Positions 20,825-30,722 of a stretch of 64,000 nucleotides of DNA are shown here, one piece after another (positions within the stretch are counted from its first letter, which is position 1; each line of letters starts with the position of its first letter). The stretch lies in the NCBI GenBank assembly GCA_963729125.1, contig CAVSML010000004.1, positions 13,287 to 77,286 on the forward strand, given 5' to 3'. A model generated the notes under the pieces. That model worked only from the letters and a program-made list of their open reading frames with translations. It was not told the DNA's origin and did not search any database. The translations under genes and the position numbers were made by a program. This stretch comes from an uncultured Actinomycetes bacterium (lineage in GTDB: Bacteria > Actinomycetota > Thermoleophilia > Solirubrobacterales > Solirubrobacteraceae).

Positions 20825-22366
20825 ATGAGCAGCCAGCCCCGATCCGCCGCCAAGACCACGACGAGGGCGGTCGCGATCGCCGTCGTCGCACTCGCGATGA
20901 CGCCCGCCGCCGGCGTCGCGCAGACGCCCGCCCCCGTGACCGGCACGGGCCAGCCCGGCGTCATCCCGGACCAGTACATCGTCGTGATGAAAGGCGCCAC
21001 GACCGACAGCGCCAAGGAGCGCACGAAGGATCGCGCCCGCAGGCGCGGCGGCCGGATCAACCGCGACTACCAGCAGGCGCTGCGCGGCTATGCGGCGACG
21101 CTCCCCCCGGCCGCGCTGGCCGACGTGCGCAACGATCCCGACGTCGCCTACATCGAGGCCGACGCCGTCGTCCAGGCGAGCACGACGCAGAGCCCGGCGA
21201 TCTGGGGCCTGGATCGCATCGACCAGGCCAGCCTGCCGCTCAGCAACTCCTACACCTACGAGCCGACCGGCAGCGGCGTCAAGGCGTACGTCATCGACAC
21301 CGGCATCCGCTTCGGCCACCAGCAGTACGGCGGGCGGGCGATCAGCGGCTACGACGCGATCGACGGCGGAAGCGCCGACGACTGCAACGGCCACGGCACG
21401 CACGTCGCGGGCACGATCGGCGGCTCGACCTACGGCGTCGCCAAGGCGGTCTCGCTCGTCGGCGTGCGCGTGCTCGGCTGCAATGGCAGCGGCTCGAACT
21501 CCGGCGTCATCGCCGGCGTCAACTGGGTGACGACCGACCATCAGGTCGGCCAGTCGGCGGTCGCGAACATGAGCCTCGGCGGGAGCGCCTCGAGTGCGCT
21601 CGACACCGCCGTTCAGAACTCGATCGCCGACGGCGTGACGTACGCGGTCGCGGCCGGCAACGAGAGCAGCAACGCCTGCAACAGCTCGCCGGGCCGCGCC
21701 GCCAACGCGCTGACCGTCGGCGCCACGACGTCGACCGACGCGCGCGCGTCGTACTCCAACTACGGCACGTGCCTGGACCTGTTCGCTCCGGGCTCGGGAA
21801 TCATGTCGTCCTGGTACACGTCGGACACCGCGACAGCCTCGCTCAACGGCACGTCGATGGCCACGCCGCACGTCGCGGGCGTCGCCGCCCTGTACCTGCA
21901 GGCCAACACCGCGGCGGCACCGGCCACGGTCGCGAGCGCGCTGACCGCCAGTGCGACCGCGAACAAGGTCTCCAATCCCGGCTCGGGGTCGCCGAACCGC
22001 CTGCTGTACTCGCCGCTCGGCGCGGTCGTGCCACCGCCACCGCCACCACCGCCGCCCACGGGCTGCGCGCTGGCATTCACGTTCAACGGCTCGCTCGGCG
22101 GGACGAACGCCTCGGCGATCCACCCGACGTCGTACTCCTCGAGCTCCGGCGTCCAACGCGGCTGCCTGCGCGGGCCGGCCACGGCCGACTTCGACCTCTT
22201 CCTGGAGAAGCGCAGCGTGTGGGGGAGCTGGTCGATCGTCGCCCGTGCGGAGGGCGACAGCTCGAGCGAGGACATCGCCTACACCGGCACGTCGGGCACC
22301 TACCGCTGGCGCGTGAAGTCCTACAGCGGCTCCGGCGCCTACCAGTTCGCCTACAGCAAGCCCTGA
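20825..22366 (+). CDS. secreted S8 serine peptidase (proteinase K-like) with I9 propeptide and C-terminal beta-rich (PPC-like) domain
   Basis: Intact 513-aa ORF with a signal peptide. Catalytic triad contexts are AYVIDTGI, HGTHVAGT and GTSMATPHVAG. A PPPPPPPPP linker precedes about 100 C-terminal residues. Confidence 0.9.
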   Translation: MSSQPRSAAKTTTRAVAIAVVALAMTPAAGVAQTPAPVTGTGQPGVIPDQYIVVMKGATTDSAKERTKDRARRRGGRINRDYQQALRGYAATLPPAALADVRNDPDVAYIEADAVVQASTTQSPAIWGLDRIDQASLPLSNSYTYEPTGSGVKAYVIDTGIRFGHQQYGGRAISGYDAIDGGSADDCNGHGTHVAGTIGGSTYGVAKAVSLVGVRVLGCNGSGSNSGVIAGVNWVTTDHQVGQSAVANMSLGGSASSALDTAVQNSIADGVTYAVAAGNESSNACNSSPGRAANALTVGATTSTDARASYSNYGTCLDLFAPGSGIMSSWYTSDTATASLNGTSMATPHVAGVAALYLQANTAAAPATVASALTASATANKVSNPGSGSPNRLLYSPLGAVVPPPPPPPPPTGCALAFTFNGSLGGTNASAIHPTSYSSSSGVQRGCLRGPATADFDLFLEKRSVWGSWSIVARAEGDSSSEDIAYTGTSGTYRWRVKSYSGSGAYQFAYSKP

Positions 22367-22381
22367 CGATCTGACGAACGC

Positions 22382-22409
22382 GGGTCCGGAGCGGCGGCGC
22401 TCCGGGCCC
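22382..22409. terminator. GC-rich hairpin between convergent genes (possible bidirectional terminator)
   Basis: gggtccggagcg-gcgg-cgctccgggccc forms a 12-bp stem (one G-U pair) with a 4-nt loop. It lies between the S8 stop (22366) and the ureD stop (22414). There is no U-tract. Confidence 0.45.
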
Positions 22410-22413
22410 GGCG

Positions 22414-23103
22414 TCAGCCCGCGAGGGCGCTCCAGCCGCTCCAGGTCGCGGCGATCGCGGCGTCAACGGTTGCCAGCGACGCGCCGCTGACGCGCAGCAG
22501 CGCTCCGGGTCCCGCCAGCGCCAGCACGTCGCCGGTGGCCGTGGGCCGCATTCCGAACAGGCACGCGGTACACAGGACGCGACGTCCGGCTGCCAGCGCG
22601 ACATGGTCTGCGCCTGGCCCCGCGACGCGCAGCCCGTCGTGCAGCAGCGGCCGGCCGGCGAGCGTCACGCGCAGCGCGCTGTCGAGCGTCCCGGGAGCCT
22701 CGCCGTCGCGCCCGAGCACGATCGTCTCGCGCACCGCGGCGATCGCGCCGGCCTCGAGCTCGACCGTGCAGCGGCGGTGCACGTCCGCGCCGGCCGAGAG
22801 GATCAGCGGTCCCTCGTCGAGCACGAGCCGCGCGCCCTCGCGGACGGTGACGTCGAGGCGCAGGAGCGTCTGAGCCGGGCCGGGCAGCGCGAGCGTCGCG
22901 GCGACCGGCTCGACGATCAGCGTCGCGCCCGCGCCGACGACGATCCGCGCGCTGTCGCGATCGCCCGCAAGCGGCCCCGCCTGGGTCGGCACGAACGCCG
23001 CGCGCACGACCGTGCCCCGCGCGAGGATCCGCGGCGCGAGGCGCTCGCCGCGGCGCAGCCCGGCGATCGCGTGCCCGCCGGCGGTGCGCTCGACCGCCAG
23101 CAC
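22414..23103 (-). CDS. ureD: urease accessory protein UreD (UreH)
   Basis: It occupies the last position of the ure cluster. The sequence ...RAAFVPTQAGPLAGDRDSARIVVGAGATLIVEPVAATLALPG...LLRLDVTVREGARLVLDEGPLIL is UreD-like. I chose the GTG at 23103, 10 nt after the ureG stop, rather than the long ORF start at 23295. Confidence 0.75.
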   Translation of the reverse strand: MLAVERTAGGHAIAGLRRGERLAPRILARGTVVRAAFVPTQAGPLAGDRDSARIVVGAGATLIVEPVAATLALPGPAQTLLRLDVTVREGARLVLDEGPLILSAGADVHRRCTVELEAGAIAAVRETIVLGRDGEAPGTLDSALRVTLAGRPLLHDGLRVAGPGADHVALAAGRRVLCTACLFGMRPTATGDVLALAGPGALLRVSGASLATVDAAIAATWSGWSALAG

Positions 23104-23113
23104 GGCGACCGAG

Positions 23114-23797
23114 CTAGGCGTGAGGATGGTCGTGGTGCGGGTTCGGGGCGCCGCTCGCGCTCGACTGCAGGTGACCTCCGGCCGCCGCGAACGCCTCCAG
23201 CTGCAAGCGGATCCAGTCGGCGACCGGCCGCGCGTGCGGCGCCGCGACGAGCGACAGGGCTTGCACCGGCAGCTCGCCGCGGCGCTTCGCGGCATCCGAC
23301 AGCATCCGCGCGACGTCCGAGCCGACGTACGGCGCGAGGTCGGTCTTGTTGATGACCAGCAGGTCCGCGCGCGCGATCCCGGGCCCGCCCTTGCGCGGGA
23401 TGTCGTCGCCGCCGGCGACGTCGATGACGAAGATCTGCACGTCGGCCAGCGCGGGGCTGAAGACCGCCGTCAGGTTGTCGCCGCCGCTCTCGACGAGCAC
23501 GAGCTCGAGCGGCCCCTGATCGCGCTCGAGCTCCTCGACGGCCTCGAGGTTGATCGTGATGTCGTCGCGGATCGCGGTGTGCGGACAGCAGCCGGTCTGC
23601 ACCGCGACGATCCGCTCGGCCGCGAGCACGCCTGCCGCGCGCAGGAACTCGGCGTCCTCGGTCGTGTAGATGTCGTTCGTCACGACGCCGAGGCGCACCT
23701 GCGCGGAGAGCTCGCGGCAGAGCGCCGCGATCAGGCTGCTCTTGCCCGAGCCGACCGGCCCGCCGACGCCGATCCGCAACGCGCGCTCAGGAGACAA
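23114..23797 (-). CDS. ureG: urease accessory GTPase UreG with C-terminal His-rich tail
   Basis: Intact 227-aa ORF. P-loop [12 protein letters not shown] metal motif ([11 protein letters not shown]), NKTDL. The tail ends NPHHDHPHA. Confidence 0.95.
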   Translation of the reverse strand: MSPERALRIGVGGPVGSGKSSLIAALCRELSAQVRLGVVTNDIYTTEDAEFLRAAGVLAAERIVAVQTGCCPHTAIRDDITINLEAVEELERDQGPLELVLVESGGDNLTAVFSPALADVQIFVIDVAGGDDIPRKGGPGIARADLLVINKTDLAPYVGSDVARMLSDAAKRRGELPVQALSLVAAPHARPVADWIRLQLEAFAAAGGHLQSSASGAPNPHHDHPHA

Positions 23798-24455
23798 AGA
23801 GACGCTCCGTTCGGCGCGCGTGGCGGCCCGCGGCGAGCTCGAGCGCGACCGCCGCGGGCGGGGGCTGCTGTGCGACGGGGCGCTCGTCGTCGGCGATCTC
23901 GCGCGCCGCCGCGCCGATGTCCGAGGCGAGGTCGGCCAGCCAGCGCGCCGTCTGAGCCGGGTCCAGGCCGAGCAGCTTCAGCGCCGCGCAGGCGACGGTC
24001 GCCGCGTCGTCGTAGAGCGCGACGGTCGCGAGCTCGAGGTCGTCCATCCCTGCCGCGGCGCCGACGACGCCGAGCGCGACGGGGCGCGGCGTGGTCGTGG
24101 AGCCCGCGCGGTAGGAGTCGATCGTGGCGCTCGGCCAGGCGACCGCCGCGCTGCGCAGAAGCTGCGAGCCCAGGCGGCGGGCGACGTCGCGCAGCACCGG
24201 GCTCGGGCAGCGCGCTGCGTGCTCCTCGTCGAGGGCGGCAAGGCTCGCCCGATCGCCCGCCGCGCGGCGGGCGGCGACGCTCAGCGCGGCCTCGGGCGCG
24301 GCGACGAGCCGCAGCCGCGCGCCGATGAACGAGGCGACGCCGTCAACGTCCAGGCCGTCGGCGACGGCCTGCTCGAGGCCGAGCGAGTGCGCGTAGCTTC
24401 CGGCCGGAAAGCGCGAGTCGGCCAGCAGCAGGCTGACGACGGATCCCGCGCCCAT
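23787..24455 (-). CDS. ureF: urease accessory protein UreF
   Basis: Internal ATG of ORF 23787..24857: [31 protein letters not shown] (UreF signature). The start overlaps the ureC stop by 1 nt (TGATG). Confidence 0.9.
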   Translation of the reverse strand: MGAGSVVSLLLADSRFPAGSYAHSLGLEQAVADGLDVDGVASFIGARLRLVAAPEAALSVAARRAAGDRASLAALDEEHAARCPSPVLRDVARRLGSQLLRSAAVAWPSATIDSYRAGSTTTPRPVALGVVGAAAGMDDLELATVALYDDAATVACAALKLLGLDPAQTARWLADLASDIGAAAREIADDERPVAQQPPPAAVALELAAGRHARRTERLFVS

Positions 24456-26158
24456 CAGAAGAGCTCGTAGCGCTGGGCCAGCGGCAGCTCGGAGACCGGC
24501 CTCGGCTCGATCAGCTCGCCGTCGATCCAGACACCGAACGTGTCGGGCTCGACGCGGATCCGCGGGCAGGCGGTGTTCTCGGGCATGTCGGCCTTGGTGA
24601 TCTCGCGCGTGTTGCCGACGGCGACGATCTCGGACTCCAGGCCGAGCGATTCGAGGTCGCCCTGGCGCGCGGCCAGCGGCGAGACGAACGTCATCGAGCT
24701 GCGCGCGGCGAGGCGCCCGGAGCCGGCGAACATCGGCGCGCCGAGGACCGGCTGGGGAGTGGGGATCGACGCGTTCGGGTCGCCGATCGGCGCCCAGGCG
24801 ATCGCGCCGGCCTTGATCACCAGGCGCGGGCGGATGCCGAAGAAGGCCGCGTCCCACAGCACGAGGTCGGCGAGCTTTCCGACCTCGACCGAGCCGACGT
24901 GCTCGCCGATGCCGTGCGCGATCGCGGGGCAGATCGTGTACTTCGCGACGTAGCGTCTGAGGCGCTGGTTGTCGGCGGCGCCCGCGGTCGCGCCGAGCCG
25001 GGCCTTCATCGCGTGCGCGGTCTGCCAGGTTCGGATGATCGTCTCGCCGACGCGCCCCATCGCCTGCGCGTCCGAGCCGATCATCGAGATCGCGCCGAGG
25101 TCGTGCAGCACGTCCTCGGCGGCGATAGTGCTCGCGCGAATGCGGCTCTCGGCGAACGCGAGGTCCTCCGGGATGCGCGGGTTGAGGTGGTGGCAGACGA
25201 TCAGCATGTCGAGGTGCTCGTCGATCGTGTTGACCGTGTGCGGGCGCGTCGGGTTCGTCGAGGAGGGCAGCACGTGCGGGTGCGAGGCGAGCTCGATGAT
25301 GTCCGGCGCATGCCCGCCGCCGGCGCCCTCGGTGTGGTAGGCGTGGATCGTGCGCCCGCCGATCGCGGCGAGCGTCGACTGCAGGTAGCCGGCCTCGTTG
25401 AGCGTGTCGGTGTGGATCGCGACCTGCACGCCGGTCTCGTCGGCGACGCGCAGGCAGCAGTCGATCGCCGCCGGCGTCGAGCCCCAGTCCTCGTGCAGCT
25501 TCATGCCGCCGGCGCCCGCGCGCAATTGTTCGATCAATCCGTCGGCCGAGATCGTGTTGCCCTTGCCCAGCAGCAGGACGTTGACCGGCGCCTGGTCGAG
25601 CGCGAGCAGCATGTCGTGCAAGGCGCGCGGGCTCGGCGTGCAGGTCGTCGCGCGCGTGCCCTCCGACGGCCCGGTGCCGCCGCCGATCAGCGTCGTCATG
25701 CCCGCCGCGACGGCCTGCTCGACGATCTGCGGGCAGATGAAGTGCACGTGGCAGTCGATCCCGCCGGCGGTCAGGATGCGCCCCTCGCCCGCGACGACGT
25801 CCGTCGACGGGCCGATCTCGAGGTCCGGGTGGACGCCGTCGGCGATGTCGGGGTTGCCGGCCTTGCCGAGCGCGACGATGCGCCCGCCGCGGATGCCGAC
25901 GTCGCAGCGGATGACGCCCCAGTGATCGAGCACGACGACGTTCGTGACGACGACGTCCGGCGCGCCCTGGGCGGCGGTGCGCGTGCCCTGCAGCATCGAC
26001 TCGCGGATCGTCTTGCCGCCGCCGAAGACCGCCTCGTCGCCGCCGACGCAGCGGTCCTCCTCGACCTCGAGCCAGAGGTCGGTGTCGGCCAGGCGCAGGC
26101 GGTCGCCGACGGTCGGCCCGTAGAGCGCGCCGTAGCGGTCGCGGTCGATGCTCGTCAT
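24455..26158 (-). CDS. ureC: urease alpha subunit
   Basis: Intact 567-aa ORF with the urease active-site contexts [17 protein letters not shown] and [15 protein letters not shown]. Confidence 0.97.
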   Translation of the reverse strand: MTSIDRDRYGALYGPTVGDRLRLADTDLWLEVEEDRCVGGDEAVFGGGKTIRESMLQGTRTAAQGAPDVVVTNVVVLDHWGVIRCDVGIRGGRIVALGKAGNPDIADGVHPDLEIGPSTDVVAGEGRILTAGGIDCHVHFICPQIVEQAVAAGMTTLIGGGTGPSEGTRATTCTPSPRALHDMLLALDQAPVNVLLLGKGNTISADGLIEQLRAGAGGMKLHEDWGSTPAAIDCCLRVADETGVQVAIHTDTLNEAGYLQSTLAAIGGRTIHAYHTEGAGGGHAPDIIELASHPHVLPSSTNPTRPHTVNTIDEHLDMLIVCHHLNPRIPEDLAFAESRIRASTIAAEDVLHDLGAISMIGSDAQAMGRVGETIIRTWQTAHAMKARLGATAGAADNQRLRRYVAKYTICPAIAHGIGEHVGSVEVGKLADLVLWDAAFFGIRPRLVIKAGAIAWAPIGDPNASIPTPQPVLGAPMFAGSGRLAARSSMTFVSPLAARQGDLESLGLESEIVAVGNTREITKADMPENTACPRIRVEPDTFGVWIDGELIEPRPVSELPLAQRYELF

Positions 26159-26448
26159 TCGCGCACCTGCAGGCCGGGGACCGCCTTCAGGCCGGCGAGC
26201 GCGACGAGCGCGACGACCTTCGAAGCGCCCGGCTCGAACCTGAGCGAGGTGCCCGCGGGGATGTCGAGCCTGAACCCCGTGGCGGCTTCTCGATCGAGAT
26301 TCAGCGCCGCGTTGACATCGGAGAAGTGAAAGTGCGAGCCGACCTGGATCGGCCGGTCGCCGGTGTTGAGCACCTCGACCTCACGCGTCTCGCGACCGGC
26401 GTTGAGCTCGATCGTGCCCGGCGCGGTTCGCAGCTCGCCGGGGATCAC
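26155..26448 (-). CDS. ureB: urease beta subunit
   Basis: GTG at 26448: [42 protein letters not shown]. It makes a GTGA overlap with the ureA stop and an ATGA overlap with the ureC start. Confidence 0.9.
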   Translation of the reverse strand: MIPGELRTAPGTIELNAGRETREVEVLNTGDRPIQVGSHFHFSDVNAALNLDREAATGFRLDIPAGTSLRFEPGASKVVALVALAGLKAVPGLQVRE

Positions 26449-26747
26449 GTGACGGGCTCGTGCAGCGTGACGAGCTTTCGCCCGTCGGGGAACGTGGCCT
26501 CGACCTGGACTTCGGCGACCATCTCGGGGATGCCCTCCATGACGTCCGCGCGCGTGAGCACGTGGCGGCCCTCCTCCATCAGGTCGGCGACCGAGCGCCC
26601 GTCGCGCGCGCCCTCGATGACCCAGCACGACAGCAGTGCGACGGTCTCGGGGTGGTTGAGACTGACCCCGCGCGCGCGGCGCTCGCGCGCGATCAGCCCG
26701 GCCATCGAGAGCAGCAGCTTGTCCTTGTCGGCGGGGGAGAGGCGCAC
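26445..26747 (-). CDS. ureA: urease gamma subunit
   Basis: Intact 100-aa ORF: [39 protein letters not shown]. Confidence 0.95.
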   Translation of the reverse strand: MRLSPADKDKLLLSMAGLIARERRARGVSLNHPETVALLSCWVIEGARDGRSVADLMEEGRHVLTRADVMEGIPEMVAEVQVEATFPDGRKLVTLHEPVT

Positions 26748-26849
26748 TGCGGCAACGCTAGCCGCGGGCGGGGACGCCTACCTTGGGCCGGGTGGCGAAA
26801 GGTTGTGCGTCGCGGTGCGCCGCGTGGCCAAGCGCTGGGCGGTCGCGCC

Positions 26850-27410
26850 ATGACGCTCGCGCCGCAGCGGCTCGCGCTGTCCGCCGACGCGCCGGCCATC
26901 GCCGAGCTCATGCGGACCTCGGCGCTCGAGCTGTTCCCGTCCTTCTACGACGAGCGCCAGGTCGCAAGCGCCGTCCTGTACATCGCGCGGCTGGATGAGC
27001 AGCTGCTCGATGACGGCACGTACTTCGTGCACGAGGCCGGCGGCGAGATCGTCGCGTGCGGTGGCTGGAGCCGTCGTCATCGCTTGCATGCCGGCGCAGG
27101 TGACGCGGCCGACGACGATCGCCTGCTCGACCCTGGTCTCGAGCCGGCGCGGGTGCGGGCGATGTTCGTGCGCGCCGACTGGACGCGGCGCGGCCTCGGC
27201 CGCGCGATCCTCGAGTCCTGCTCGCAGGCCGCCCGCGCCGAGGGGTTCACGCGTCTGGCGCTCATGGCGACGCTGCCGGGCGAGCAGCTCTACCGGGCGT
27301 ATGGCTTTCGCGAGCTCGCGAGGCCGATGCTGACGCTGCCCGACGGCGTCGTCGTGCAGGGCGTCGCGATGGAGCGGGAGATCGTGCCCGTGGGGGTAGA
27401 CACTGCGCTC
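26850..27410 (+). CDS. GNAT family N-acetyltransferase (no in-frame stop; reads through into pepT as assembled)
   Basis: ATG at 26850 inside ORF 26460..28682. Acetyl-CoA motif VRAMFVRADWTRRGLGRAILE. The frame continues without a stop into the PepT ATG at 27411. Confidence 0.75.
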
Positions 27411-28682
27411 ATGGCTTCCTACACCTCGCCGCTCGCCGAGTCGCTCGCGACGGACCTGCTCGCGCGCTTCGACCGCTACGTCCGCATCGACACACGGGCC
27501 GCGCGCGACCGGACCGGGTGCCCGAGCACGCCGGGGCAGCTCGAGCTCGCCGGGCTGCTGGCGCACGAGCTGCTCGACATCGGCCTGTCCGATGCGGCGG
27601 TGGATCAGAACGGCTACGTCACGGCCACGCTTCCCGCGTCCGGCGGTGGGGACCCGGAGACGGTCATCGGGCTGATCTCGCACATGGACACGAGCCCCGA
27701 CGCGCCGGGCGCGGGCGTCGTTCCGATCGTGCACCGCGACTACGACGGCGGCGTGATCTCGCTGCCGCGCGACGGGACCGTGCTGGACCCCTCGACGGAG
27801 CCGCATCTGGGTTCGCGCGCGGGCCACGACATCGTCACGTCGTCGGGCGACACGCTGCTGGGCGCCGACGACAAGGCGGGCGTCGCGGAGATCATGACCG
27901 CGGTCGCCCACCTGCAGGCGCACCCCGAGCTGCCGCGCCCGACGATCCGCATCTGCTTCACGCCCGACGAGGAGATCGGTGAGGGCGCGACGCTGTTCGA
28001 CGTGCCGGCGTTCGGCGCGCGCTGCGCGTACACGATCGACGGCTCGTCGCTCGGGGAGATCCAGGACGAGACGTTCTCGGCGCAGGAGGCGACGATCACC
28101 GTGACGGGGGTCGAGGCGCATCCGGGCCTCGCCACCGGCATCCTCGTCAACGCCGCGCGCGTCGCCGCGGAGATCGTCGCCGCGCTGCCCTCAGACCGGC
28201 TGACGCCGGAGACGACGTCGGGGCGCGAGGGGTTCATCCACGTCTACGAGATGGCCGGCGAGGCCGGCAGCGCGCGGATCCGCGCGATCCTGCGCGACTT
28301 CGACGACGAGCTGTTGGCCGGGCACGCGTCGCTCGTGCGCGCTGTGGCGAAGGACGTGGCCGCGCGCACCCCCGGCGCGTCCGTTCAGGTCGAGGTCGTC
28401 GACGAATATCCGAACATGCGCGCGCACCTGGAGCCGTTTCCCGAGGTCGTCGAGCACGCGATCGGCGCGATTCGCGCGGAGGGGTTGGAGCCGTTGCGCG
28501 AGCCGATCCGCGGCGGAACCGACGGCTCGAAGCTCAGCGCGATGGGCCTGCCGACGCCGAACATCTTCACCGGCGGCCACGCCTACCACTCGGTGCGCGA
28601 ATGGGCGTCGCTGCAGGACATGGCGGCCGCGGCCGCGGTGATCGTGCGGCTGGCGGCGGCGTGGGCCGCTTCGCCGGAGTGA
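27411..28682 (+). CDS. pepT: peptidase T (M20B tripeptidase)
   Basis: MASYTSPLAESLATDLLARFDRYVRIDT, ISHMDTSPD, GADDKAGVAEIM, FTPDEEIG, GGTDGS. Confidence 0.9.
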   Translation: MASYTSPLAESLATDLLARFDRYVRIDTRAARDRTGCPSTPGQLELAGLLAHELLDIGLSDAAVDQNGYVTATLPASGGGDPETVIGLISHMDTSPDAPGAGVVPIVHRDYDGGVISLPRDGTVLDPSTEPHLGSRAGHDIVTSSGDTLLGADDKAGVAEIMTAVAHLQAHPELPRPTIRICFTPDEEIGEGATLFDVPAFGARCAYTIDGSSLGEIQDETFSAQEATITVTGVEAHPGLATGILVNAARVAAEIVAALPSDRLTPETTSGREGFIHVYEMAGEAGSARIRAILRDFDDELLAGHASLVRAVAKDVAARTPGASVQVEVVDEYPNMRAHLEPFPEVVEHAIGAIRAEGLEPLREPIRGGTDGSKLSAMGLPTPNIFTGGHAYHSVREWASLQDMAAAAAVIVRLAAAWAASPE

Positions 28683-28687
28683 GTGGG

Positions 28688-29230
28688 TCACTGCTTCCAC
28701 TTGACCGAACAGCCGCGCAACGGGCGCTGCTCGATCGCGGGCTTGCAGCCGGCGAGCACGGACTCGAGCGCCTCGCGCAGCCAGTCGGCGTTCTCCTCCT
28801 CGCTCTCGTCGCCGGGGTCGGAGTCCGGCGCGCCGGTCCAGACGAGCGTGTGCTCGGCGTCGAGGATGAAGAGGTGGGGGGTGACCTGCGCGTCGAGCGC
28901 GCGGGCGACGGCCTGGCTCTCGTCGTGCAGGTAGGGCATCGGCCAGGACTGGTCGCGCGCGAACTGGACCATCCGCTCGAACGAGTCCGCGGGGAAGCGG
29001 TCGGCGTCGTTGGAGTTGATCGACAGAAAGCGCACGCCGCGCGGCTCGTACTCGGCGGCGACCTTCGCCACGCGCGGGTTCCAGGCCTGAACGAAGGGAC
29101 AGTGGTTGCACATCAGGATCACGACGGTCGCGTCCGGCGCGTCGTCGGTCGGCAGCGAGTGCTCGACGCCCTCGGTGTCGGTCAGCGTGAAGGGGGGAAC
29201 GGCATCGCCGATTTCGAAGCTCATGCCCAT
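28688..29230 (-). CDS. thioredoxin-fold (redoxin/AhpC-TSA-like) protein
   Basis: Internal ATG of ORF 28688..29533: MGMSFEIGDAVPPFTLTDTEGVEHSL...VVILMCNHCPFV (CxxC motif). Confidence 0.8.
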   Translation of the reverse strand: MGMSFEIGDAVPPFTLTDTEGVEHSLPTDDAPDATVVILMCNHCPFVQAWNPRVAKVAAEYEPRGVRFLSINSNDADRFPADSFERMVQFARDQSWPMPYLHDESQAVARALDAQVTPHLFILDAEHTLVWTGAPDSDPGDESEEENADWLREALESVLAGCKPAIEQRPLRGCSVKWKQ

Positions 29231-29297
29231 ATGTCTAGCGAACGGCTCGCGCCGGCGGCGGAAGCTGGCGCCGACGCTGCTAGATTCGGGTCGGCAC

Positions 29298-29371
29298 GGT
29301 GGGCGTAGCTCAGCTGGTAGAGCTCCTGGTTGTGGTCCAGGCGGTCGCGGGTTCGAGTCCCGTCGCTCACC
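29298..29371 (+). tRNA. tRNA-His (anticodon GTG)
   Basis: Manual cloverleaf with an encoded G-1: acceptor GTGGGCG/CGCTCAC, anticodon arm CCTGG-TTGTGGT-CCAGG, T arm GCGGG-TTCGAGT-CCCGT, discriminator C. Confidence 0.9.
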
Positions 29372-29381
29372 CTTCGGCTCG

Positions 29382-29420
29382 TTGGCGAATTTGCCTCGCA
29401 TAGCGAGGCATTGGCGCCAA
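29382..29420 (+). terminator. nested hairpin just downstream of tRNA-His
   Basis: The inner stem tgcctcgc-ata-gcgaggca (29392-29410) is 8 bp and perfect. It is flanked by the outer stem ttggcg/cgccaa (29382-29387 and 29415-29420). Confidence 0.4.
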
Positions 29421-29531
29421 ACGACGCGGACCCGACCTGGCACGCCGCCGTTTACGCCCGCGACCGCCCCGGTATGGCACCTGTGCTCGCACGCACCCGG
29501 GCATCCGGGACGACCGTGGCAGGCGCCGGTC

Positions 29532-29800
29532 ATGCGGATCGACCACGTGACCTATGCGACGCACGTCTCGACGGCTCGGCCGCGATGGTCGAGGCGAAGG
29601 TCGGCGCAGTCGCGGTCGGCGGTGGTTGCCACGACGGGCTCGGGACCCCCAACAGGATCGTGCCGCCGGACGGCCCAAGCATCGATTGGATCGAGGCGGC
29701 GACAGCGCGCGGCTGGACTGGTGGCTGGGCGGCGGCGGCGACGCCATGCCCGTGCGCATCAGCGACGGCGCCGCGGCCGTCAGGGCGGTCGGCGCCGGGG
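29532..29800 (+). pseudogene. VOC/glyoxalase-like domain gene fragment (frameshifted and 3'-truncated)
   Basis: The ATG at 29532 gives MRIDHVTYATH. Another frame then gives LDGSAAMVEAKVGAVAVGGGCHDGLGTPNRIVP, a typical N-terminus of glyoxalase-like domain proteins. Similarity fades before the convergent gene stop at 29810. Confidence 0.35.
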
Positions 29801-29809
29801 ACCGCGTGC

Positions 29810-30550
29810 TCAGCCGACCGCGGGCGGGCCCTCGCCCACCTCCTGCGCCTGGCCGAGCGCGGCCGCGAACGTCGGCATTGTGCCCGCGAGCAGGAGGTGC
29901 ATCGGATCCTCCTCGCCGAGCCTCGGCAGACCCGCCTCGAGCAGCGCGTAGACCTGACGTGCAAGCGTCAGCCCGTCGAATCCCATGCGATCGTCGACTG
30001 CCTCGCGCAGCAGCATGAGCGTGCGGTGGCCGATGCCATCGATCGCCAGCAGCTCGTCGTCGGACATCACCGCGACCTGGTCGAGCGAGACGATCCCGCA
30101 GCGCGGCAGCACGTAGCGCTTGCTCGCCGGCAGGCGCCGCAGGATCACGTCGTGCAGCTCGCGCGTGACGTGGGTCTCGGCGAACGCGACGGGGTCGTCG
30201 AGCTCGGCCCCGGGCGCGGGGACCTTCGAAGCCACGACCGCCGAAACATCCGGCTGCTCGCCGGCGACGGGCATCATCCGCCACTCCATGCCCATGCCGG
30301 GATCGCTCAGCGGCGTGCCCCTGACGGCCGCGATCGCACGCTCGTAGCAGGACGCCTGACGACCGGCCTCCGTCAGGTCCTCGTCCCTGGCGTGCGCGCA
30401 GAAGTGCCGCGTCACGCCGGTCTCCTCCGCCCACTTCGCATCCAGCGCGCCCTTGCCCCGGCGGTGGTAGACGGTCACGGGCATGACTGCCTGGTCGTCC
30501 TCGTGAGCGAGATGCGTGCCGCACCAGTCGCAGTGAGTCCGATAGCTCAT
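29810..30550 (-). CDS. hypothetical protein, N-terminal Cys/His cluster and C-terminal helix-hairpin-helix-like motif
   Basis: The ATG at 30550 is preceded by GAAGGGAG 6 nt upstream. The protein begins MSYRTHCDWCGTHLAHED...RHFCAH. The C-terminal LDQVAVMSDDELLAIDGIGHRTLMLLREAV resembles an HhH / RpoA-CTD-type motif. Confidence 0.6.
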   Translation of the reverse strand: MSYRTHCDWCGTHLAHEDDQAVMPVTVYHRRGKGALDAKWAEETGVTRHFCAHARDEDLTEAGRQASCYERAIAAVRGTPLSDPGMGMEWRMMPVAGEQPDVSAVVASKVPAPGAELDDPVAFAETHVTRELHDVILRRLPASKRYVLPRCGIVSLDQVAVMSDDELLAIDGIGHRTLMLLREAVDDRMGFDGLTLARQVYALLEAGLPRLGEEDPMHLLLAGTMPTFAAALGQAQEVGEGPPAVG

Positions 30551-30722
30551 CCGTGCTCCCTTCGCAGCCGCAACGCTCAGCGCCCGTCCCCGGCGGCCAT
30601 CGAGTCCGGGCATCTTCAAGGTACTCCTCTTGGCGGCGGACATGGGCGCAATCTGTGCGATCAGACGTACATCCGGCCAGGCCGTCGCACGGCCCACGCC
30701 GCGCGCCTACACTCGCGGCTGC

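Noticed and set aside
23104-23295. The long form of ureD starting at ATG 23295.
   Set aside because: It would overlap ureG by about 180 nt, and the extension is Arg/Ser/Cys-rich shadow-like sequence. The GTG at 23103, just after the ureG stop, fits the cluster architecture.
26460-26849. An N-terminal extension of the 740-aa ORF upstream of the GNAT ATG.
   Set aside because: This part is antisense to ureA and ureB and has a shadow-like composition. The GNAT domain begins at the ATG at 26850.
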